64,000 bases of DNA from Bacteroidales bacterium UBA4293 (GTDB taxonomy: Bacteria; Bacteroidota; Bacteroidia; Bacteroidales; Bacteroidaceae), in the NCBI GenBank assembly GCA_002395835.1, contig DGVD01000002.1, forward strand, positions 22,678 through 86,677, read 5' to 3'. Made by a program: the position numbers and the translations under genes. This document shows, one piece after another, positions 54,733-62,212 of this stretch. Below the pieces are notes generated by a model. It ran no database searches. It was not told the origin of the DNA and worked only from the letters and a program-made list of their open reading frames with translations. Within the stretch, counting starts at the first letter, position 1. The number at the start of each line of letters is the position of its first letter.

Positions 54733-56664
54733 TTATAGATTCTTACATTCTTCTATCCACATGGCACTGGTGGCATCACTTGGCATTCTCCAGTCTCCTC
54801 GTGGACTGAGTGTGACACTACCAACCTTTGGACCGTCGGGTAGACAACTGCGTTTGAATTGTTGACTAAAGAATCTCCAGCAGAAGGTTCGAAGCCATTT
54901 CTTCAATGTGTCATCATCATATTTTCCCTGGAACGCTTTTTGTGCCAAGAAGAAAATCTTGGAAGGACGGAACCCAAACCTCATGAAATGGTAGATGAAG
55001 AAATCGTGAAGTTCATACGGCCCTACATTATCCTCGGTCTTTTGAGCTATCTTTCCATCTTCAGTAGGAGGAAGAAGTTCTGGACTGATAGGAGTATCCA
55101 CAATATCCATTAAGCAGATGCGTTCTTCTTCATCAGCTTCATGAGTAGCTACCCAACTTACCAGATGCTTGACCAAAGTCTTTGGGATAGAGGCATTTAC
55201 ACCATACATGCTCATGTGGTCACCATTATAAGTAGCCCATCCTAATGCTAACTCAGAAAGGTCTCCGGTTCCCACTACCAACCCATTGATTTGATTAGCT
55301 ACATCCATCAGAATTTGAGTGCGTTCTCTGGCTTGTCCGTTTTCATAGGTGATGTCATGCACATTGATGTCATGCTCTATATCCTTGAAATGCTGGATGA
55401 CCGAAGCTCCGATAGGAATTTCACGAATGGTGATTCCTAGACTGCGCATTAAAGTTAAGGCATTGTTGTAGGTGCGGTCTGTAGTTCCGAAACCTGGCAT
55501 TGTAATACCTACAATACCTTTTCTGCTCAAACCCAGTTTGTCGAATGTTTTAACTGTAACAAGCAATGCCAATGTGGAATCTAGTCCTCCGGAAATACCG
55601 ATGACAGCAGATTTAGCATTGATATGATGTACTCGTTGTGCAAGTCCTTCCACCTGGATATTAAAGATTTCCTCGCATCTTTCGTCCAGTTTGTTTCCTG
55701 TAGGGACGAAAGGATGAGCATCAATGTCACGGGACAATTGCAATAATTCTGGTGGAATGACAGATTCAGATTGAGCCATGATATATTCCTCCTTGTTCGT
55801 GCAGTTCCGAACATTATCTCCGAAAGTGGTGTTGATTCTTCTTTCAGTACGAAGTCTCTCCACATCTATTTCGCTAATAATCAGCTGCTCGTTCAAGGAG
55901 AAACGCTCGCTTTTTGCCAGTAGCTTACCATTCTCATAAATCAGTCCATTCCCTGCAAAAACTAAATCGGTAGTGGATTCACCGAAACCAGCACTACTAT
56001 AGACATATCCAGTAATGCATCGGGCAGACTGCTGTGAAAGGAGGGTGTTCAGGTAATTGTTCTTACCGATACTCTCATTGGAGGCAGAAAGGTTAAAGAT
56101 GATTTCTGCTCCGTTCAGTGCCAGAGATGAGCTTGGAGGGATAGGAGCCCAGACATCTTCACAAATCTCTATGGCAAAATTACATTGCGGAGTATGGATA
56201 ATCTGCTTAGAAGATACAAGGACACGCTGACCGCAATACCTTACCTCTGATGGAACGTGATTTAAACCGGAGGTAAACCAACGCTTCTCATAAAACTCCT
56301 TATAATTAGGGAGATAAGTTTTAGGCACTATGGCTAGAATTTTTCCTTTCTGCAAGACTAAAGCACAGTTCAGCAGGGTGCCGTTGAACGGCAGAGGAAT
56401 GCCTACTATGGCTATAATATCCAGTGAACGTGTAGTGGTAAGCAGCTGCATGACAGCATTTTCACATTCTTCTAAGAGTAGTTCTTGCTGAAAAAGATCT
56501 GCACAAGTGTAACCCGTTATACAAAGTTCAGGGAAGCAGATAATTTCCACTCCTTTACCCGATGCCTGCAGGGTAAGGCTTTCAATTTGTTGTACATTAT
56601 AATAGCAATCAGCAATCTTCAAGGATGGAATAGCTGTTGCCACTTTTACAAATCCGTGATTCAT
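54733..56664 (-). CDS. nadE: Glutamine-dependent NAD+ synthetase
   Basis: 643 aa. N-terminal CN-hydrolase domain (FPELCITGY, EICEDVW) and the synthetase P-loop GISGGLDSTLALLV. Confidence 0.94.
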   Translation of the reverse strand: MNHGFVKVATAIPSLKIADCYYNVQQIESLTLQASGKGVEIICFPELCITGYTCADLFQQELLLEECENAVMQLLTTTRSLDIIAIVGIPLPFNGTLLNCALVLQKGKILAIVPKTYLPNYKEFYEKRWFTSGLNHVPSEVRYCGQRVLVSSKQIIHTPQCNFAIEICEDVWAPIPPSSSLALNGAEIIFNLSASNESIGKNNYLNTLLSQQSARCITGYVYSSAGFGESTTDLVFAGNGLIYENGKLLAKSERFSLNEQLIISEIDVERLRTERRINTTFGDNVRNCTNKEEYIMAQSESVIPPELLQLSRDIDAHPFVPTGNKLDERCEEIFNIQVEGLAQRVHHINAKSAVIGISGGLDSTLALLVTVKTFDKLGLSRKGIVGITMPGFGTTDRTYNNALTLMRSLGITIREIPIGASVIQHFKDIEHDINVHDITYENGQARERTQILMDVANQINGLVVGTGDLSELALGWATYNGDHMSMYGVNASIPKTLVKHLVSWVATHEADEEERICLMDIVDTPISPELLPPTEDGKIAQKTEDNVGPYELHDFFIYHFMRFGFRPSKIFFLAQKAFQGKYDDDTLKKWLRTFCWRFFSQQFKRSCLPDGPKVGSVTLSPRGDWRMPSDATSAMWIEECKNL

Positions 56665-56683
56665 GTCTTTTTGGTTGTTTGTA

Positions 56684-56691
56684 CAAAGATA
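56684..56691 (-). promoter_or_regulatory. -7 promoter box (TAtcTTTG on minus strand) of nadE
   Basis: The plus strand reads CAAAGATA, 20 nt upstream of ATG 56664. Confidence 0.55.
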
Positions 56692-56774
56692 CTTTGATTT
56701 TGTAAAATAATCAATATTTTTCCACGATAAATGAAATAATCCTGGAATTATTTGTTCTAATGGAAAAGTTAAAC

Positions 56775-56782
56775 TATCTTTG
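56775..56782 (+). promoter_or_regulatory. -7 promoter box (TAtcTTTG) of the rubrerythrin gene
   Basis: 36 nt upstream of ATG 56818. An imperfect palindrome at 56787-56802 follows immediately. Confidence 0.55.
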
Positions 56783-56817
56783 AGATGTTATAATTATCTA
56801 ACTTAAATTCTGTAAAT

Positions 56818-57375
56818 ATGAAAAAGAAATTTATTTGTACAGTCTGTGGATATATTCATGAAGGCACAGAACCTCCTCAGAAATGCCCTATGTGTGGGGT
56901 TCCTGCTTCTAAGTTCACTGAACTGGTAGAAGATGGAGCCTTGAACATGGTAACGGAGCATACCCTGGGTATTGCAAAAGATTATGAGGTAGACGAGGAA
57001 ATGATAAAAGACTTGAATGCACATTGGACAGGTGAGTGTTCAGAAGTAGGTATGTATCTGGCTATGAGCCGTCAGGCAGACCGTGAGGGCTATCCAGAAA
57101 TAGCTGAAGCTTTCAAGCGTTATGCATGGGAAGAGGCAGAGCATGCTTCCAGGTTTGCTGAACTTCTGGGTGACGTGGTTTGGGATACGAAAACCAACCT
57201 GGAAAAGCGTATGAATGCTGAGGCTGGAGCATGTGAGGATAAGTTCCGTATAGCAAAGAAAGCGAAAGCCATGGGTTGGGATGCTATTCATGATACGGTG
57301 CATGAAATGGCTAAGGATGAGGCTCGTCATGGACGGGGGTTCGAAGGACTTTATAAGCGTTATTTCAAGAAATAG
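56818..57375 (+). CDS. rbr: Reverse rubrerythrin (N-terminal rubredoxin-like, C-terminal ferritin-like di-iron domain)
   Basis: [10 protein letters not shown]...CPMCGV at the N-terminus. Di-iron EExH motifs: ECSEVGMY..., [10 protein letters not shown] and [10 protein letters not shown]. Confidence 0.9.
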   Translation: MKKKFICTVCGYIHEGTEPPQKCPMCGVPASKFTELVEDGALNMVTEHTLGIAKDYEVDEEMIKDLNAHWTGECSEVGMYLAMSRQADREGYPEIAEAFKRYAWEEAEHASRFAELLGDVVWDTKTNLEKRMNAEAGACEDKFRIAKKAKAMGWDAIHDTVHEMAKDEARHGRGFEGLYKRYFKK

Positions 57376-57383
57376 TCAAAGAG

Positions 57384-57417
57384 AAGGGAAACCTGATAAA
57401 ATAGGTTTCCCTTTTTA
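57384..57417 (+). terminator. Intrinsic terminator of rbr
   Basis: AAGGGAAACCT pairs with AGGTTTCCCTT, followed by TTTT. Confidence 0.8.
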
Positions 57418-57454
57418 TTTTTCCTTAAAATTTGGCTATCCGGAAAACTTGCCT

Positions 57455-57462
57455 TATATTTG
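57455..57462 (+). promoter_or_regulatory. -7 promoter box (TAtaTTTG) of tRNA-Glu
   Basis: 15 nt upstream of the first tRNA base. Confidence 0.6.
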
Positions 57463-57476
57463 CACACACAAATTAG

Positions 57477-57551
57477 GGCGCTTTCATCTAGCGGTTAGGA
57501 TACCGGCCTCTCACGCCGGGTACACGGGTTCGAGTCCCGTAGGCGCTACCA
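57477..57551 (+). tRNA. tRNA-Glu (anticodon CUC), CCA encoded
   Basis: Hand-folded cloverleaf. Acceptor GGCGCTT/AGGCGCT (G1-U72 wobble). D-loop TCTAGCGGTTAGGA typical of tRNA-Glu. Anticodon stem CCGGC/GCCGG with loop CT-CTC-AC. T-arm ACGGG-TTCGAGT-CCCGT. Discriminator A plus CCA. Confidence 0.88.
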
Positions 57552-57554
57552 TAT

Positions 57555-57582
57555 AAAAGATGGCTTCAGGGCCATCTTTTTT
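57555..57582 (+). terminator. Intrinsic terminator after tRNA-Glu
   Basis: AAAAGATGGC (57555-64) pairs with GCCATCTTTT (57571-80), followed by TT. Confidence 0.8.
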
Positions 57583-57616
57583 CGTGTGTATCCGTACTGC
57601 TTATTTGATAGAATGC

Positions 57617-57735
57617 GAAGAAGAATTTCTTCCCTCTTTTTCTGGATAGAAATTTCTCCTTAACTAGGGAAAATTTTTTCTCTAACTGGGGAAATATTTT
57701 TCTCCTTCGGGAGAATAAATTTTTGCTCTCTAACT
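57617..57735 (+). repeat. Four to five tandem 21-27-bp units with a palindromic GGAG-AAATTT-CTCC core (array B)
   Basis: GGATAGAAATTTCTCCTTAACTA / GGGAAAATTTTTTCTCTAACT / GGGGAAATATTTTTCTCCTTC / GGGAGAATAAATTTTTGCTCTCTAACT. A weaker unit GAAGAAGAATTTCTTCCCTC precedes them. Same family and orientation as 14272-14340. Confidence 0.8.
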
Positions 57736-57770
57736 GAGGATATTCAGAGAGGGTAGAAGCATGAAATAAA

Positions 57771-57806
57771 AAGAGAGCCATTTGTAAATATGCAAATGGC
57801 TCTCTT
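57771..57806. terminator. Bidirectional 14-bp-stem terminator ending the STAS/kinase operon
   Basis: AAGAGAGCCATTTG (57771-84) pairs with CAAATGGCTCTCTT (57793-806). An A-run lies upstream (a T-run on the minus strand) and TCCTTTT lies downstream. Confidence 0.85.
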
Positions 57807-57824
57807 CCTTTTATGATTACGTTT

Positions 57825-58103
57825 TCACTCAAAGTTGAAGATCTGGCTAAAGCCAGTCATGTCGAACACATGCTTAACCAATGGTTGAAGATTTTTGATA
57901 ATCAACTTTCCATTTTTAGCTGTGACATCCTTGTGCATGGATAAGAAGACACGCAAACCGGAACTGCTGATGTAATTCATCTCAGTGCAATCCAGAATAA
58001 CAAATTGCCCCTCTTGGATATCCAGGCTGTTTACGTTTTCCTGTAGATCATTCAAGTGCAGTGCATCCAGTGGTCCATCAATGTAAATAGTTATTGGCTC
58101 CAT
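57825..58103 (-). CDS. STAS-domain anti-sigma-factor antagonist (RsbV/SpoIIAA-like)
   Basis: 92 aa. Conserved phospho-serine motif in LDCTEMNYISSSGLRVFL. Confidence 0.9.
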   Translation of the reverse strand: MEPITIYIDGPLDALHLNDLQENVNSLDIQEGQFVILDCTEMNYISSSGLRVFLSMHKDVTAKNGKLIIKNLQPLVKHVFDMTGFSQIFNFE

Positions 58104-58109
58104 AATATA

Positions 58110-58526
58110 TTATTTTATTTTCTTAGTCATTTTCAGGATGTTATTATCACCTTTTCTCTCGTATTCCACCAAATCCATCAGCTGACGGATAAGGAAGATT
58201 CCCAGTCCTCCTATTTCTCTTTCAGTAGCAGGTAAGGTTACATCTGCTTCGGGTGCTTCCAGCGGATTAAATGCTATTCCCTTATCCTTCAAGGTAAAGC
58301 TGAGGCTCTTCTCATCTTCTTTCTTTACTTTCAGTTCTATGGTTCCCTGGGAATGGGGATAAGCATATAAAATGATGTTGGTCAACGCTTCTTCCAAGGC
58401 TAGGTTCATATTAAATACCACTTCTTTAGGGAGCTCCAGCTCTTTCTGAAGTTCTTCTGTTAAATCGAACATTTTCTGCAGTTCGGTCAACTGGTTGTTC
58501 AATATGATTATTTTCTCTTGAAACAT
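58110..58526 (-). CDS. RsbW/SpoIIAB-like anti-sigma serine kinase (GHKL ATPase)
   Basis: N-box LALEEALTNIILYAY, G1 DKGIAFNP, G2 GGLGIFLIRQLMD. I moved the start to ATG 58526 (MFQEKIIIL) because the track start 58547 abuts the -7 box at 58550-58557. Confidence 0.88.
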   Translation of the reverse strand: MFQEKIIILNNQLTELQKMFDLTEELQKELELPKEVVFNMNLALEEALTNIILYAYPHSQGTIELKVKKEDEKSLSFTLKDKGIAFNPLEAPEADVTLPATEREIGGLGIFLIRQLMDLVEYERKGDNNILKMTKKIK

Positions 58527-58549
58527 GTGTTTTCTATAGATTAGCACTA

Positions 58550-58557
58550 CAAAAATA
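58550..58557 (-). promoter_or_regulatory. -7 promoter box (TAttTTTG on minus strand) of the kinase-STAS operon
   Basis: The plus strand reads CAAAAATA, 24 nt upstream of ATG 58526. Confidence 0.55.
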
Positions 58558-58615
58558 CAAAAAGGAAATACAATATCTAAGTTTTTGAGTCATTTTTTTT
58601 GCTAAGTCGCAAAAT

Positions 58616-60433
58616 ATGGCGATTTTTGCATTATATTATGTCCATATGAGTAGATTCAAAACCCCTAATCGATCGTTTTCCACTCGTTTGAGTTTATGGT
58701 TTACAGGATGCTCCGCAGCTATTCTGCTAGCCTCTATGGGGATAAGCCTCTATTTCGTATATCATAAGATGAAAAAAGATGAGGTAGAGCTGGCTCAGCA
58801 TTCGCTCCAAGTCTATGTGGATGAAATCTCTAATACGTTCAAGATTGCGGAAGTGGTAGCTCAGAATGCCTCTTCTTCCATGCATTTTTTCCTGGAATAT
58901 CCAGATTCCATGCTCAACATGCTCCGTCCTGTCTTGGATAAGAACGAGGACATTTACGGGGTGGCATTTTCAGTGGATACTGCTTACTATGAGAATAAGG
59001 TGATAGCTCCTTATTTGCATCGCACCAAGAAGGAGGGGGAATATGAGTTGACTAACATTTCGGAGTTTTGGTTGGAGGATTGGTTCCGAGAGGCTAAGCA
59101 TTCAGGGAAAAGCTTTTGGACAAAGCCTTATGTGGGACGTATGGCTCAGAAACCCATGACGGATTATTGTATTCCGGTGTTTGATTCTTCGGGCAAGTTT
59201 GCGGGGGTGTTTGGTGTGGATGTGACGTTGGAATGGATTTCTCAACTGATTAGTCGTCAGAAGATTTCCGGAAATTCCTACATTCGTATAGTGGATTCTG
59301 ATGGGAAAGAGGTCATTTCTCATGGTTATCCCTTGAGCGATGAGGATTCTTATACGTTCACTGCTCCTATAGAAAACGTGGGTTGGGTCATGACCATTTG
59401 TTCTTCTGAAAAGGAAATCAGTAAGCCCATCCGTTTGCTGAGGGATTTGCTTCTTCTGTTGTTCATCTTTGGTCTTACTGCTTTACTTTTGGCTACACGA
59501 GTTATCGTAGGCAAATTGGCTAAGCCCGTCGTCCGTTTTGCTAATGCAGCAGATGAGATTTCGAATGGAAACTTCAACACGGAACTTCCAGAGGTGAAAA
59601 CAGACGATGAACTGAAACTCTTGCGAGATTCCTTGGATAACATGCAGCATGAGCTGTCTTCTTTTATTACTGATTTGAAAGTTACCACGGAAAACCAGAC
59701 CCGACTGGAAAATGAGCTGCACATTGCTCGTACTATTCAAATGAACATGCTTCCTAAGGAGTTCCCGGATTACCTTTATGCTAAATTGAATCCTGCAAAA
59801 GAAGTAGGAGGTGATTTATATAATTTCCTGATTAGAAGCGATAAACTGTTCTTCATTATAGGAGATGTGTCAGGAAAGGGTATTCCTGCCAGTTTAATTA
59901 TGGCAGTTACCAGTAAACTGTTCAGAAATAGAGCTTACCATATTGACAGCCCTGGAAGGATAGCTATGTCACTGAATCATTCTTTGTCGGAAAATAATCC
60001 GCAGAACTTCTTTGTGACATTTTTCGTAGGGGTGCTGGATTTGAAATCTGGTTTGCTGACCTACTGCAATGCGGGGCATAATCCTCCTATCTTATTCCAT
60101 GAATCAAGGATTGAGTTCATGGATGTCAAGGTAAATCTGGCTGCTGGTATTATCAACAGTGCTGAGTATGAGGAATCTTCTATCCAATTGAACGGTGGTG
60201 ATAAGATTCTGATGTTTACCGATGGGGTAACCGAGGCAAAAAATAAATCAGGTGAATTCTATTCAGAAAGTAGACTGCTTGAACTAGCTCAGAATAATTC
60301 ATTTTGCGATTCTAAAGGACTGGTAGAGAGGATAGTAGATGACGTCTCTGCATTCTCAGTGGGGATGGAGCAGAATGATGATCTGACGTTGTTCAGCTTT
60401 ACATACAAGTCAAGGGACGATAATAAATCTTAA
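58616..60433 (+). CDS. Membrane sensor PP2C (SpoIIE/RsbU-type) phosphatase with an extracytoplasmic Cache-like region and HAMP
   Basis: TM1 LSLWFTGCSAAILLASMGISLYFVY, a periplasmic region of about 230 aa, TM2 LLLLLFIFGLTALLLATRVIV, HAMP (KPVVRFANAADEISNGNFN), and PP2C motifs GDVSGKGIPASL, FTDGVTEA and DDLTLF. An alternative start is ATG 58646. Confidence 0.9.
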   Translation: MAIFALYYVHMSRFKTPNRSFSTRLSLWFTGCSAAILLASMGISLYFVYHKMKKDEVELAQHSLQVYVDEISNTFKIAEVVAQNASSSMHFFLEYPDSMLNMLRPVLDKNEDIYGVAFSVDTAYYENKVIAPYLHRTKKEGEYELTNISEFWLEDWFREAKHSGKSFWTKPYVGRMAQKPMTDYCIPVFDSSGKFAGVFGVDVTLEWISQLISRQKISGNSYIRIVDSDGKEVISHGYPLSDEDSYTFTAPIENVGWVMTICSSEKEISKPIRLLRDLLLLLFIFGLTALLLATRVIVGKLAKPVVRFANAADEISNGNFNTELPEVKTDDELKLLRDSLDNMQHELSSFITDLKVTTENQTRLENELHIARTIQMNMLPKEFPDYLYAKLNPAKEVGGDLYNFLIRSDKLFFIIGDVSGKGIPASLIMAVTSKLFRNRAYHIDSPGRIAMSLNHSLSENNPQNFFVTFFVGVLDLKSGLLTYCNAGHNPPILFHESRIEFMDVKVNLAAGIINSAEYEESSIQLNGGDKILMFTDGVTEAKNKSGEFYSESRLLELAQNNSFCDSKGLVERIVDDVSAFSVGMEQNDDLTLFSFTYKSRDDNKS

Positions 60434-60447
60434 ACTATTTACATAAT

Positions 60448-62148
60448 ATGGCATTCATTTCTACAAACAACATCAAGGGTGACATTTTTGGAGGCGTTAC
60501 AGCTGGTATTGTAGCTTTGCCTCTTGCCCTCGCGTTTGGTATTCAAGCTTTTGGAGGTATCAATGATCCTGCAGCTAGTTCCATGGGAGCTCTGGCAGGT
60601 CTGGTTGGTGCCACCATGCTAGGTTTCTTTGCTTCCTTATTTGGAGGTACTCATTCCCAGATTAGCGGCCCTACAGGCCCTATGACTGTAATTTCTGCCA
60701 GTCTGATTAGTGGAGTTTGGGCTTCTTCTCAAGGAAGTTTTGCTGCAGTCTTAATCAGCATGTCATTGGCTGGTATTTTCTGTGGCCTTTTCCAGATTCT
60801 TTTCGGTGTAATAAAGTTAGGTAAATACGTACGTTATATTCCTTATCCAGTTCTCTCAGGCTTTATGAGTGGTATTGGTGTAATCATTATTCTCCAACAG
60901 ATATACCCTTTGATAGGTCTAAAATCTCCAGTTCTGGTGGTAGATATGATAACTAAATATCCAGAGATGGCATCAGAAGGGTTGGTTTGGCAAGCATTGG
61001 TTCTGGGTATTTGTTCTATTCTGATTATCGAACTGTTCCCTAAGATTACCAAAAAAATACCTGCCACTTTGGTAGCTTTGATAGTTATGACAGTAGTTTC
61101 ACTGTTCATGAACATTGACACCAAGCTGACTATCGGTGAAATTCCAGCAGGTCTTCCAATGCCGTTTTTTGCTAAAGAAGGAATTAGTTTAGCTGGTATT
61201 AATTGGGTACCCCTAATTGAAGCTGCAATTGTCCCTGGTTTAACCTTGGCAGGTTTAGGTGCTATTGACACTTTGTTGACCTCTGTGGTTGCAGACAATA
61301 TAACGAAAACGAAGCACAACAGTAATCAGGAGTTGATAGGACAAGGTATAGGTAATGCCATTGCTGGTCTTTTCTGTGGAATTGCTGGAGCAGGTGCCAC
61401 TATGCGTACCGTGGTGAATGTGAAATCTGGTGGTCGTACTCAGATAAGTGGAATGGTTCATGCTCTTTTCTTACTTGCTATTTTGCTGGGGTTAGGTTCA
61501 TTAGTAAAATATGTGCCTTTAGCAGTTTTGGCAGGTATTCTGATAACAGTAGGATGGGGCATCATCGATTTTAAAGGTTTCCGTGATCTTTACAAAATAC
61601 CAAGATCCGATGCATTTGTACTTATCGTAGTCTTCATTATCACGGTATTTGTAGACTTGTTGACAGCTGTAGGACTCGGTATGGTTATTGCATGTGTCTT
61701 CTTTATGAAGCGTGCTGGAGATTTGATAGAGAGCTCATATACTGCCTCTGCAATGGATTCTACCGACGTGAATAATCCATGGAACGATGAAGGTGGAATT
61801 CCTGAGGACATAAAGAAAAAGATTTATATCTGTCATGTAGATGGACCAATCTTCTTCGGTTCTGTAACAGGTTTCAACTTGTTGATGGAAAGTGTTCCTA
61901 AGCACAGAAAATTGGTTATCATCCGTATGCGTCGGGTTAGTTATATGGATCAATCTGGTGTATATGCCATGGAAACTGCAATCCAGGATTTGCAAGCAAA
62001 AGGGGTGAATGTACTTATGACTATCATTAAGCCTCAACCTAAACGTTTATTGACCAAGATGAATGTAATACCAAATTTGGTTCCAGAAGATCATATATTT
62101 GAGACTTTTGAAGATTGTACAGAGTATTTGAAAAAATTAGAGTTGTGA
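60448..62148 (+). CDS. SulP-family anion transporter with a C-terminal STAS domain
   Basis: 566 aa. GDIFGGVTAGIVALPLALAFG (SulP N-terminal motif), a polytopic core, and a C-terminal STAS domain (CHVDGPIFFGS...VIIRMRRVSYMDQSGVYAME). It starts 14 nt after the phosphatase stop. Confidence 0.93.
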   Translation: MAFISTNNIKGDIFGGVTAGIVALPLALAFGIQAFGGINDPAASSMGALAGLVGATMLGFFASLFGGTHSQISGPTGPMTVISASLISGVWASSQGSFAAVLISMSLAGIFCGLFQILFGVIKLGKYVRYIPYPVLSGFMSGIGVIIILQQIYPLIGLKSPVLVVDMITKYPEMASEGLVWQALVLGICSILIIELFPKITKKIPATLVALIVMTVVSLFMNIDTKLTIGEIPAGLPMPFFAKEGISLAGINWVPLIEAAIVPGLTLAGLGAIDTLLTSVVADNITKTKHNSNQELIGQGIGNAIAGLFCGIAGAGATMRTVVNVKSGGRTQISGMVHALFLLAILLGLGSLVKYVPLAVLAGILITVGWGIIDFKGFRDLYKIPRSDAFVLIVVFIITVFVDLLTAVGLGMVIACVFFMKRAGDLIESSYTASAMDSTDVNNPWNDEGGIPEDIKKKIYICHVDGPIFFGSVTGFNLLMESVPKHRKLVIIRMRRVSYMDQSGVYAMETAIQDLQAKGVNVLMTIIKPQPKRLLTKMNVIPNLVPEDHIFETFEDCTEYLKKLEL

Positions 62149-62158
62149 TGACAATGAT

Positions 62159-62197
62159 AAAAGAAAGGGGCCACGAAAATCGAGGCCCCTTTCTTTT
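62159..62197. terminator. Bidirectional terminator (SulP gene / acyl-CoA ligase gene)
   Basis: AAAAGAAAGGGGCC (62159-72) pairs with GGCCCCTTTCTTTT (62184-97). Confidence 0.85.
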
Positions 62198-62212
62198 ATT
62201 GATAGAACAGAA

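Noticed and set aside
57617-57735. Possible CRISPR-like mini-array
   Set aside because: The units abut one another with no unique spacers, are only 21-27 bp long, and are degenerate. No cas genes are present in the window.
57477-57824. tRNA-Glu as an integration site for a genomic island
   Set aside because: There is no integrase. The tRNA 3' end is not duplicated downstream. The tRNA is followed immediately by ordinary chromosomal genes.
57566-57832. 88-aa minus-strand ORF overlapping the end of the STAS gene
   Set aside because: It reads through repeat array B and two terminators. Its periodic KKF/EKF sequence simply mirrors the DNA repeat.
61900-61960. SulP STAS domain as a direct phospho-substrate of the RsbW-like kinase
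   Set aside because: The residue aligned with the canonical phospho-serine is Gln (YMDQSGV, against YISSSGL in the free antagonist). I therefore retain only a binding or competition model, in the partner-switching finding.
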